The translations under genes and the position numbers were made by a program. From a virus: DNA of 64,000 bases. Location: the IMG/VR virus record IMGVR_UViG_3300047554_000338, positions 7,150 through 71,149 of that record; one strand, 5' to 3'. Positions 8,016 to 15,117 of the stretch are shown here, one piece after another; position 1 is the first letter of the stretch, and every line of letters begins with the position of its first letter. The notes below the pieces were generated by a model. It saw only the letters and a list, made by a program, of their open reading frames with translations, was not told the DNA's origin and did not search any database.

Positions 8016-9203
8016 ATGGCACAAATACCCGAATCCCAACACACCACCAGCGCGGCGATCGTGCGCTGGTACGAATCCAAGCCACAGGAGCAACGGCCAC
8101 ACATGGGCGCCTCACTGATTGGCCACGATTGCCAGCGCTACGTCTGGCTGACCTGGCGCTGGGTGCTCAAGCCCGAGTTCAAGGGCCGCATCCTGCGCCT
8201 GTTCAGCACCGGCCAACGCGAGGAGCCCCGCATCCTGGAGGAGCTGCGCGGGATCGGCGCAACCGTTTGGGACACTGACCCTGCTACCGGTGACCAGTGG
8301 CGCGTGAGCGACATCAATGGCCACTTTGGCGGCTCGCTCGATGGTGTCGCCAAAGGGCTGCCTGAGGCGCCAAAGAGCGTGTGCGTCCTCGAGATGAAGA
8401 CCCACAGCGACAAGTCATTCATGGACCTACTCAAGAACAAGGTCCAGCACTCCAAGCCCCAGCACTATGACCAGATGCAGGTCTACATGGGCCTGATGGA
8501 GATCGATCGCGCCATGTACATCGCGGTCAACAAGAACACCGACGACGTGTATTGCGAATGGGTCCACTACGACAAGGACCGGTTCTACGTCCTGCGCGAG
8601 CGCGCCCGCTATCTTATCGAGGCGCCTAACCCGCCCGACAAGCTCAGCGAGGACCCCGCCTACTACATCTGCAAGATGTGCAGCATGTGGAAGCACTGCC
8701 ACGGTGGCCTAGCTGCCGAGGCCAACTGCCGCACCTGTTGTCACGCCACACCTGTTGAGAATGCGGCATGGAATTGCCAGCATCACAACGCGGAGATCAC
8801 CACCGAGATGCAGCGCCAAGGCTGTGGCCAGCACTTAATGATCCCGACACTGGTGCCATACGGCGAGCCGGTTGACGGTGGCCAAAGCTGGATTGCCTAC
8901 AAGCACCGCACGACGGGCGCGTACTTCTCCAACTCCACCGGCCCCTGCTCCGACTACGGCCCGCACTTCTCGAGCAAAGAGCTGCACAACTGCCCTGGCG
9001 AGCTGCTCACCCAGGTGGCAGAGCTCAAGAACGAATTCCCCGGCAGCAAGATGGTGAGCGGCACGGTTGACACCACCTGGGACGACTTAGCCACACACCC
9101 CGACGACATCCCCGTCAAGGCTGACAGCCCGCCTAAGCGCGAGCAACGCCGCAAGACTGCTGCCGCAGTCGAGGCCATGAAAAAGATGGGCGGTGAAGCA
9201 TGA
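8016..9203 (+). CDS. PD-(D/E)XK Cas4/YqaJ-like exonuclease
   Basis: GSLDG...LEMKT, QMQVYM and C-terminal Cys cluster (CKMC...C...CRTC). Confidence 0.8.
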   Translation: MAQIPESQHTTSAAIVRWYESKPQEQRPHMGASLIGHDCQRYVWLTWRWVLKPEFKGRILRLFSTGQREEPRILEELRGIGATVWDTDPATGDQWRVSDINGHFGGSLDGVAKGLPEAPKSVCVLEMKTHSDKSFMDLLKNKVQHSKPQHYDQMQVYMGLMEIDRAMYIAVNKNTDDVYCEWVHYDKDRFYVLRERARYLIEAPNPPDKLSEDPAYYICKMCSMWKHCHGGLAAEANCRTCCHATPVENAAWNCQHHNAEITTEMQRQGCGQHLMIPTLVPYGEPVDGGQSWIAYKHRTTGAYFSNSTGPCSDYGPHFSSKELHNCPGELLTQVAELKNEFPGSKMVSGTVDTTWDDLATHPDDIPVKADSPPKREQRRKTAAAVEAMKKMGGEA

Positions 9204-9491
9204 GCTGGCTTGTCAATTTCTCGATTGCCATGGCGGTGAGCTACGCGCTCATCGGCCTGCTGGGCTTCATGTGCAAGCTCTGGTTCCTCCTCTTCATGTT
9301 TGGGTGGAACCTCTTATGAGCTTTATCAAGCAATCCATTCACCTGAACGGGAGCTCTCTGCGTCCCGTTCATCAACTCAAGCTGTGCAGCAGTTGCAAGA
9401 GCGATCGCGTGCCTGAGGGCGGCATCGAACTGAGGCCAGGCCGTTGGGTCTGCGCCGCGTGCTGGGCAAAACGAGCCATGTCGAGGAAACC

Positions 9492-9884
9492 ATGAAATTA
9501 GAGCGCGGTGCAGTGGTGCGCGAGATCCTGCGCATGCTTGATGAAGAAGGCCCCATGACGCGTGCAGAGATCTGCCTGCGTCTGGGCCGTCGCAAGGACG
9601 AGATCGCCGCGGTGGTCACGCGCCTGAACAAACGCACGCCAGTCTCTGGCAAGCGGATCCACATCAAAGAGTACGTCTATGACATGGAGGGCGAGCGTCG
9701 TTACCCGCGAGCCGTCTATGCCATAGGCCCGCTCAAAGATGCCCCCAAACCAAAGTCTGACCCTAAGGAAACCAAGCGGCGGTATTGGGCCAGGGCGCAG
9801 CTCAAGCTGCGCACCAACAGTGTGTTCAACCTCGGCCTGTCGCGCAGACAGTTGCAGGCCAACAAAAAGAAAGCAGAGCAGTAA
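9492..9884 (+). CDS. Winged-helix DNA-binding protein
   Basis: ILRML.EEGPMTRAEIC..LG motif; basic composition. Confidence 0.55.
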   Translation: MKLERGAVVREILRMLDEEGPMTRAEICLRLGRRKDEIAAVVTRLNKRTPVSGKRIHIKEYVYDMEGERRYPRAVYAIGPLKDAPKPKSDPKETKRRYWARAQLKLRTNSVFNLGLSRRQLQANKKKAEQ

Positions 9885-10361
9885 ATGCAATACATCATCG
9901 GCGTCGATCCAGGCGCATCAGGAGCGATCGCCATCCTCGAGGACAACGGCAAGCTGGTGCACGTCTTTGACATGCCCAGCGTGGAGATCATCACAGGGGG
10001 CAAGGCCAAGCGCCGCGTAAGCCCTGAAATGCTGGCCGCTGAGCTGCGCCTCTACGCGGACCAGGGAGCGGTGGCCTACGTCGAGCAGGTGGGCGCCATG
10101 CCTGGCCAAGGGGTGAGCTCGATGTTCGCCTTTGGCCAAGCGTTTGGCATCGTCTTGGGCGTCATGGCTGGCTTGGCCATTCCCACCCAGACGGTGACGC
10201 CTGGCAAGTGGAAGAAGGACCTAAAGCTTAACGGTGGCAAGGACGCTTCACGGGCCAAAGCTGCCCAAGTATGGCCAGCGCAGGCAGGTGAGTTCAAGCG
10301 CGTGAAGGACGACGGCAAGGCCGAGGCTGGGCTGATTGCTTTGTGGGGTGTCGGCGTATGA
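9885..10361 (+). CDS. RuvC-like Holliday junction resolvase
   Basis: IIGVDPG..GA, YVEQV...PGQG..S.F.FG and DGKAEA motifs. Confidence 0.85.
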   Translation: MQYIIGVDPGASGAIAILEDNGKLVHVFDMPSVEIITGGKAKRRVSPEMLAAELRLYADQGAVAYVEQVGAMPGQGVSSMFAFGQAFGIVLGVMAGLAIPTQTVTPGKWKKDLKLNGGKDASRAKAAQVWPAQAGEFKRVKDDGKAEAGLIALWGVGV

Positions 10362-10945
10362 AAGTGCTTGTTGCCTGCGAATACTCAGGACGAGTGCGGG
10401 ATGCGTTCATTGCTCAAGGCCATGAGGCTATGAGCTGTGACTTGCTTCCCACTGACGCGCCTGGTCCTCACTATCAGGGCGACGTGTTTGACGTTGTCGA
10501 TTACCCGTGGGATTTGATGATCGCTCACCCGCCCTGCACCGATCTCGCGGTGTCGGGCGCCGCCTGGTTTGCCAACAAACGCCTTGTGGGCGCGCAACAA
10601 GCCAGTGCCTCGTTCTTCATGAAGCTGGGGAGGGTCAACATCCCTCGCATCGCGATCGAGAACCCTGTGTGCGTGATGTCGTCGCTATGGCGCAAACCTG
10701 ACCAAGTCATCCAGCCGTGGATGTTTGGCCACATGGAGCAAAAGGCCACCTGCCTTTGGCTGAAGGGGTTGCCTGCACTTACCCCCACCAACAACGTCAA
10801 GGAGGAAATGATGCAGTTGCCAAAGAATCAGCGTGAGCGCCTGCACTATCTCCCGCCCTCGGCCGACAGGTGGAAGTTGCGCAGTGAAACCTATCTGGGC
10901 ATCGCGGAAGCCATGGCCGCCCAGTGGGGTTCGCTTGTGCCATAA
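10358..10945 (+). CDS. Short C5 DNA methyltransferase-like protein
   Basis: VLVACEYSG, HPPCT (motif IV) and IENP (motif VI); copy 1 only. Confidence 0.7.
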   Translation: MKVLVACEYSGRVRDAFIAQGHEAMSCDLLPTDAPGPHYQGDVFDVVDYPWDLMIAHPPCTDLAVSGAAWFANKRLVGAQQASASFFMKLGRVNIPRIAIENPVCVMSSLWRKPDQVIQPWMFGHMEQKATCLWLKGLPALTPTNNVKEEMMQLPKNQRERLHYLPPSADRWKLRSETYLGIAEAMAAQWGSLVP

Positions 10946-10951
10946 ATATCT

Positions 10952-11004
10952 GTTGCGTTTTTCTTGACTAGTTGCCATAATTGCATCGCTGCGGTTTTCG
11001 CAGC
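10952..11004 (+). promoter_or_regulatory. Integrase promoter overlapped by three 17-bp operator-like sites
   Basis: TTGCGT(10953)-N17-CATAAT(10976); perfect GCTGCG-GTTTT-CGCAGC at 10988..11004. Confidence 0.6.
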
Positions 11005-11021
11005 GTTCAACGAGGACAACG

Positions 11022-11984
11022 ATGGCAACGAATCAAAAACCTGTACTGCGCGGCGACACCTACTGGATCAACGTCCAGATCGAGGGCAAGCGCCTGCGCA
11101 AGAGCCTGAACACGCAAGACGCCAAGCTGGCCGCTGAAGCGTTCACGCGTGAGCTGGCCGAGTTCTACCGCACGCGCAAGTTCAAGGAGATGCCCAAGAA
11201 GACCGTCAACGACGCGTTCGACAAGTGGCTGGACGAGCGCAGCGCCAAGCGCTCTATCGAGGACGACGAGCGCAAGGTCAAATTCCTCCGCGCCAAGATC
11301 GGCAGCACCCAGCTGTCGGAGCTCACCGTTTCCATGATCGAGGACGCCATGCCCCAGGGCGTGAGCCCGTCCACGCGTAACCGCTACCGCGCCCTGATCC
11401 GCGCCATCCTGCGCCGGGCCATGCGCAAGTGGCAGTGGCTCAACAGCGTGCCCGCGATCGAGGAAGAGGACGAGCCCGAGGGATACACCGAGCACCTGAC
11501 CAAGGACCAGGCCGAGCGCCTGATCGCGGAGCTGCCTGAGCGCTACCGCAAGCCCGTGCGCTTTGCCCTGCTGACCGGCCTTCGCCGCGCCAACGTGTTT
11601 GGCCTGACCTGGGACAAGGTCAACCTCGAGAGCGGCACGGTGGTGGTCGAGGCCAACACCGCCAAAGGCAAGCGCCGTTTCCTGGTCCCGCTGAACGCGA
11701 GCGCCAAGGCTTTGCTGGAGTCGGTGGAGGGGCGCGAGGGCCGCGTCTGGGGCGACGTGACCCACGTCTGGCAAAACGTCTGGGAGGACGCCTGCAAGCG
11801 GGCCGGCGTGAAGATCAAGTTCCACGGCCTGCGCCACACCTGGGCGACGTGGCATGCGGAAGCAGGCACGCCGCTTGACGTGCTTCAGAAGCTGGGCGCG
11901 TGGGCGACGCACTCGATGGTGCTTCGCTACGCTCACCGGCCGGCCGACTACCTCGCGCAGGCTGCTGAGGCGGTTGCCTTGTGA
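11022..11984 (+). CDS. int: Tyrosine integrase (paired with tRNA-Leu att)
   Basis: TGLRR, FHGLRHTWATW, LGAW and RY catalytic motifs; N-terminal arm-binding-like domain; adjacent tRNA 3' half. Confidence 0.95.
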   Translation: MATNQKPVLRGDTYWINVQIEGKRLRKSLNTQDAKLAAEAFTRELAEFYRTRKFKEMPKKTVNDAFDKWLDERSAKRSIEDDERKVKFLRAKIGSTQLSELTVSMIEDAMPQGVSPSTRNRYRALIRAILRRAMRKWQWLNSVPAIEEEDEPEGYTEHLTKDQAERLIAELPERYRKPVRFALLTGLRRANVFGLTWDKVNLESGTVVVEANTAKGKRRFLVPLNASAKALLESVEGREGRVWGDVTHVWQNVWEDACKRAGVKIKFHGLRHTWATWHAEAGTPLDVLQKLGAWATHSMVLRYAHRPADYLAQAAEAVAL

Positions 11985-12043
11985 CAGTGGCACATTTCTG
12001 TCACACCTGTATTCCGCTGTCATAGGCACTCATCGTAAGTGCC

Positions 12044-12099
12044 TGGTGCGAAAGGGGGGACTCGAACCCCCACGGGGGTAACCCGCCGGAACCTAAATC
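12044..12099 (-). tRNA. tRNA-Leu(TAG) 3' half (att core A; not a complete tRNA)
   Basis: GA-TTTAGGT-TCCGG-CGGGTTACCCCCG-T-GGGGG-TTCGAGT-CCCCC-CTTTCGC-ACCA; no D arm or 5' acceptor strand. Confidence 0.9.
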
Positions 12100-12219
12100 G
12101 AAAAAAGGAGGTAGCGAGTAGTTAAAAATCAATCACTTAAAACCGACGGGGGCCCGGTATTGGCCCCCGAATTGGCACAATTATGTCACAGCAACACAGT
12201 AACAAAGAAGGACAGTTTT

Positions 12220-12801
12220 ATGAGCAACACACAACCCGAAGCCCTCCGGCTGATCCAGCACATGGACGACGAATGGCCCGAGGACTGGGACGGCCTGGCA
12301 ATCCGCGCCGAACTGCGCCGCCTGCATACAGAAAATGAGTTCTTGAGGGGGCAGTCATTGGTCAAAGCCGGGCCGCCATACAAATTCCAGAGATTCGTTG
12401 CAGGGCAAAAGCGTGCCCAAGATGTTGTCATCGAGAAAGAGGAACAACTGCAACGCGCCGTCCTCAAGGCAGCAAGGATTTGTCCTCCTGCGGAATTGAC
12501 AGTGCTTGTCTACACCAGTCAACAGCCAGCCGAGCCTTACGATGAATTGACGCAGGCGCTAATCGAGCGCGATGAATACCACGCCATTGCTGACGAACTT
12601 GCCGAAAAGATTGTGGAAATCACGGGCGCAGACATTGGCGAACACAGCAGCGCAAATAACCCGTGGCTGAAGGCGTTGGAGGTTGCGGACGATTGGCTCA
12701 TGCGCCACAAAACGTTTGAGCCCGACTACTACGTCTACAACATTGACGGCGTGTATCGCTTGGCCGATCCGCAGCCAACCATCCGCTGGGGGAATAAATG
12801 A
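12220..12801 (+). CDS. Hypothetical mosaic phage protein (possible Ead/Ea22-like segment)
   Basis: AAGGA RBS; QPEALRL..AELRRLH..NE module and ERD...IGEHSSANNPW motif. Confidence 0.65.
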   Translation: MSNTQPEALRLIQHMDDEWPEDWDGLAIRAELRRLHTENEFLRGQSLVKAGPPYKFQRFVAGQKRAQDVVIEKEEQLQRAVLKAARICPPAELTVLVYTSQQPAEPYDELTQALIERDEYHAIADELAEKIVEITGADIGEHSSANNPWLKALEVADDWLMRHKTFEPDYYVYNIDGVYRLADPQPTIRWGNK

Positions 12802-13043
12802 AGCTAACCAAAACCCGCATCGGAAATTATCTGCGCCGCCACATGCTAGGCGACCAGCCGACATTTAGGAAAGGGTTCAAAGAAGGCGTTGCGTTTGCAC
12901 AAAACAGCCAGCCCTTAACTGAAGATCAAATATTTGATTTGGAGAACAACTTGCCTGACGACGCAGTATCAGACAGGCGTTGGACAATCGAATTGGCGCG
13001 TGCCGTCGAAAGAGCGCACGGCATCGGCGCCGGATCTTTGTGA
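12798..13043 (+). CDS. Hypothetical phage protein (PLTEDQI...RAVERAHGIG module)
   Basis: Start overlaps upstream stop; stop codon overlaps arm-type repeat TGACACA. Confidence 0.65.
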   Translation: MKLTKTRIGNYLRRHMLGDQPTFRKGFKEGVAFAQNSQPLTEDQIFDLENNLPDDAVSDRRWTIELARAVERAHGIGAGSL

Positions 13044-13097
13044 CACAAAAATGGCACACCCATCGGAGTTTCCGGGTGTGCCACAGTGGCAAGCTAT

Positions 13098-13153
13098 TGG
13101 TGCGAAAGGCGGGAGTCGAACCCGCACGGATTTTGTCCGCCGGAACCTAAATC
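13098..13153 (-). tRNA. tRNA-Leu(TAG) 3' half (att core B; not a complete tRNA)
   Basis: GA-TTTAGGT-TCCGG-CGGACAAAATCCG-T-GCGGG-TTCGACT-CCCGC-CTTTCGC-ACCA. Confidence 0.9.
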
Positions 13154-13172
13154 GCTTCGCGCCAGTTTTCCC

Positions 13173-13200
13173 AAAAAAAGGCCCTGAGCAATCAGGGCCT
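13173..13200 (-). terminator. Intrinsic terminator of the late/lysis operon
   Basis: AGGCCCTGA-TTGC-TCAGGGCC-T7 on minus strand; homolog at 46950..46976. Confidence 0.8.
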
Positions 13201-13256
13201 TAAGTCTCAATGGCATCTACAAACAGCTCTCGCTGTGGCACGATTGTGGCACAAAT

Positions 13257-13727
13257 TCAGGGGTTCAGGCAGACGTTCCGAGCGTACCCCTGCAAGCCTA
13301 CGACGATCGCTGCCAGGCGGTCAGCTTCTCCCGCCATTGCAACAAGAGTTGTCGCACAGCTTCCGAGTAGCTCCCGCTCGACGCCGGCTCGACCATCAGC
13401 TCTGAGGGTGGCGGCGGGATTTTTGGGACCTGGGGCGGCGATAGCGTAGAGCTCGTTGCGCAGCCCATCAAGCTCAGCGCGAGCGCGAGTGGCAGCACCA
13501 GCCGCCTGCCGTTTCTGAAGTACATATTGATCCTCCGCTTTCTGTCTTGCCGCGAGCAAGTCATGCTCCCGGCGCCTGGCCAGCTCCTCGGCCTTTTGCA
13601 GGCTCTGGGCGTAGGCCTGCTTCATCTGGGCCACCTTGGTGTCGTAGCGCCATTCCTGGACCTGCCACGCGCCCCAGAACGCCATCACAGCGGAGACGAG
13701 CGCGGCGGCGACGTGTGTGTAGACCAT
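13257..13727 (-). CDS. i-spanin (Rz-like)
   Basis: N-terminal TM helix then coiled coil, C-terminal GLQGY...VC; follows endolysin. Confidence 0.8.
   Translation of the reverse strand: MVYTHVAAALVSAVMAFWGAWQVQEWRYDTKVAQMKQAYAQSLQKAEELARRREHDLLAARQKAEDQYVLQKRQAAGAATRARAELDGLRNELYAIAAPGPKNPAATLRADGRAGVERELLGSCATTLVAMAGEADRLAAIVVGLQGYARNVCLNP
13298..13564 (-). CDS. o-spanin lipoprotein (Rz1-like), embedded in Rz
   Basis: Signal peptide with lipobox LMGC, Pro-rich PPPPSELM; nested in another frame. Confidence 0.75.
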   Translation of the reverse strand: MTCSRQDRKRRINMYFRNGRRLVLPLALALSLMGCATSSTLSPPQVPKIPPPPSELMVEPASSGSYSEAVRQLLLQWREKLTAWQRSS

Positions 13728-13728
13728 A

Positions 13729-14184
13729 TCAACCCCCTTGGCACTGCTGAAATTCGGCCTGGCGCCGTTTGGTGAGGCCGGCCAGGGGCTTTCCCTTGAA
13801 CTTGTCCCAGCGCAGGATCTCCTTGCACGCGCCCTCGTAATCCTCGGTGTTCAGCTTGCGTACCAAGGTCGAGCCGCAGAACGCGGCGGGGCCGATGTTG
13901 TAGGTGAGGGACGTGTAGGCGTCGTATTCCCACTGGTGCAGCGGGACCCTGACGCAGCGCTTAATCGCGCCCTCGTATTGCTGGATGTCTTGCAGTGCTC
14001 GTTGCAGAGCTTTGGGCGGGGTGATGCTGTCGCCCATCTTCACGTTCTCGGTGGTCCCAAAGCCGATTGTCGGCTTGTCGCCAGGCACTGGGATGATGGC
14101 CTTGCTGGTGTAGTCCTCATGCAGGGCAATGCCCACCAGCGCGACCGCGCTCAGGGTGAGGCCAGCCAGCTGCGTGCGGTTCAT
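13729..14184 (-). CDS. SAR endolysin (GH24 lysozyme)
   Basis: Weakly hydrophobic N-terminus, then E...D.PTIGFG.T triad; YNIG..AFC.STL and GL..RR..E. Confidence 0.88.
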   Translation of the reverse strand: MNRTQLAGLTLSAVALVGIALHEDYTSKAIIPVPGDKPTIGFGTTENVKMGDSITPPKALQRALQDIQQYEGAIKRCVRVPLHQWEYDAYTSLTYNIGPAAFCGSTLVRKLNTEDYEGACKEILRWDKFKGKPLAGLTKRRQAEFQQCQGG

Positions 14185-14429
14185 CAGTCGTCCCGCATGC
14201 GCCGCTCATGCTCGAGCTGTTGGCGCTGGTCTTCCTTGTGCCGGTAGTACCAGTTGATGGCAAAGCCGCCAACACCAAGAAGCAGACCAAAGATCACCCC
14301 GAACTCCGACGAGAGCATCCATCCCAAAACGCTTGCGCTTGCCCCCGTGTAGGTGGCTTTACTGCCAAAGGCGGCCAGTGTTGCGTCGACTGTGGCTTGT
14401 GTTTCCTGCTGCACGGGGCGCTCCTTCAT
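14184..14429 (-). CDS. Holin
   Basis: Small, two hydrophobic segments, charged tail (NWYYRHKED); directly upstream of endolysin. Confidence 0.7.
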   Translation of the reverse strand: MKERPVQQETQATVDATLAAFGSKATYTGASASVLGWMLSSEFGVIFGLLLGVGGFAINWYYRHKEDQRQQLEHERRMRDD

Positions 14430-14600
14430 TTAAGTCTCTTGCGCCGTAGCAGGCTCTTCTTCCTGATGCGGCAGTTGCTCTTTAGCCTGAGCGCGGATCT
14501 TGGCCGCAATGGGCCAGGTGTTGGTGCTAGTGGGCAGTTGCCCGATCGCATCAAGTACCGCGTTGACTTCGTTCAGCTCGAGTTGAATTGAAATTTCCAT
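14430..14600 (-). CDS. Small hypothetical protein
   Basis: MEISIQLELNEVNAVLDAIG.LP; conserved at 48971..49147. Confidence 0.6.
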   Translation of the reverse strand: MEISIQLELNEVNAVLDAIGQLPTSTNTWPIAAKIRAQAKEQLPHQEEEPATAQET

Positions 14601-14661
14601 TTGATTCTTTCGTGGGAGTCGTGGGTTGATGTGGTTGTTTTTATGTGTGGCGATTATCGCA

Positions 14662-15108
14662 TCAGGCAGTCGGTGCTTCTGGCCACTGAATGTCCCAAGG
14701 AAACCCCGTCTGCGAGCTGATGTCACGCAGTGCCTGGCGGTAGGTTGCCCAGGCTGCTTTGTCGCCTGGAGCGTCCGCGACCTGTGTCCAGTCGCAGTCA
14801 GCCAGGCGCGTGTTACGCGTAGACCTGACCGACGCGGCTTGGGTGGTGTCAAGCGCGGCCTTGGCCTGGTCATCGATGTCGCTCGCGCTGTACTTGGTAA
14901 ACCACTTGCCATCGATCTGCTCGACGCCATCGCGGAAGGCCACCTGGTAGCGCGTGGGCTGGGCCTGTGGGCCTTCGAACACGATGTCAGCGCCCATGTC
15001 GTTGATGAGCTGCTCGCTCAATTGCGCGGGGAATGACGTGTTGGGATGCAGAGCGCGGAACTCGCCCTCGTACATGACCGCGCCTGTTGCTCTGATTCTT
15101 ACTTGCAT
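14662..15108 (-). CDS. Tail fibre assembly chaperone
   Basis: VR..RN.RL..CDWTQ..DAP....W..YRQALRDI..Q.GFP..I.WP. Confidence 0.8.
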   Translation of the reverse strand: MQVRIRATGAVMYEGEFRALHPNTSFPAQLSEQLINDMGADIVFEGPQAQPTRYQVAFRDGVEQIDGKWFTKYSASDIDDQAKAALDTTQAASVRSTRNTRLADCDWTQVADAPGDKAAWATYRQALRDISSQTGFPWDIQWPEAPTA

Positions 15109-15117
15109 GATGTTCCT

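Larger units (their letters stand above)
12100..13153. mobile_element. 1,054-bp integrase-less att-flanked cassette
   Basis: Bounded by two tRNA-Leu 3' halves; arm-type pairs at 12173/12184 and 13041/13052; IHF consensus at 12127..12139. Confidence 0.7.

Noticed and set aside
8754-8770. Intragenic operator-like GTTGAG-AATGC-GGCATG (also ~44247)
   Set aside because: Weak match inside a conserved coding motif (PVENAAW); protein constraint is a sufficient explanation
8016-9203. Cas4-like nuclease as part of a CRISPR-Cas system
   Set aside because: No array or other cas genes; it sits in a standard ATPase-SSB-exonuclease recombination module
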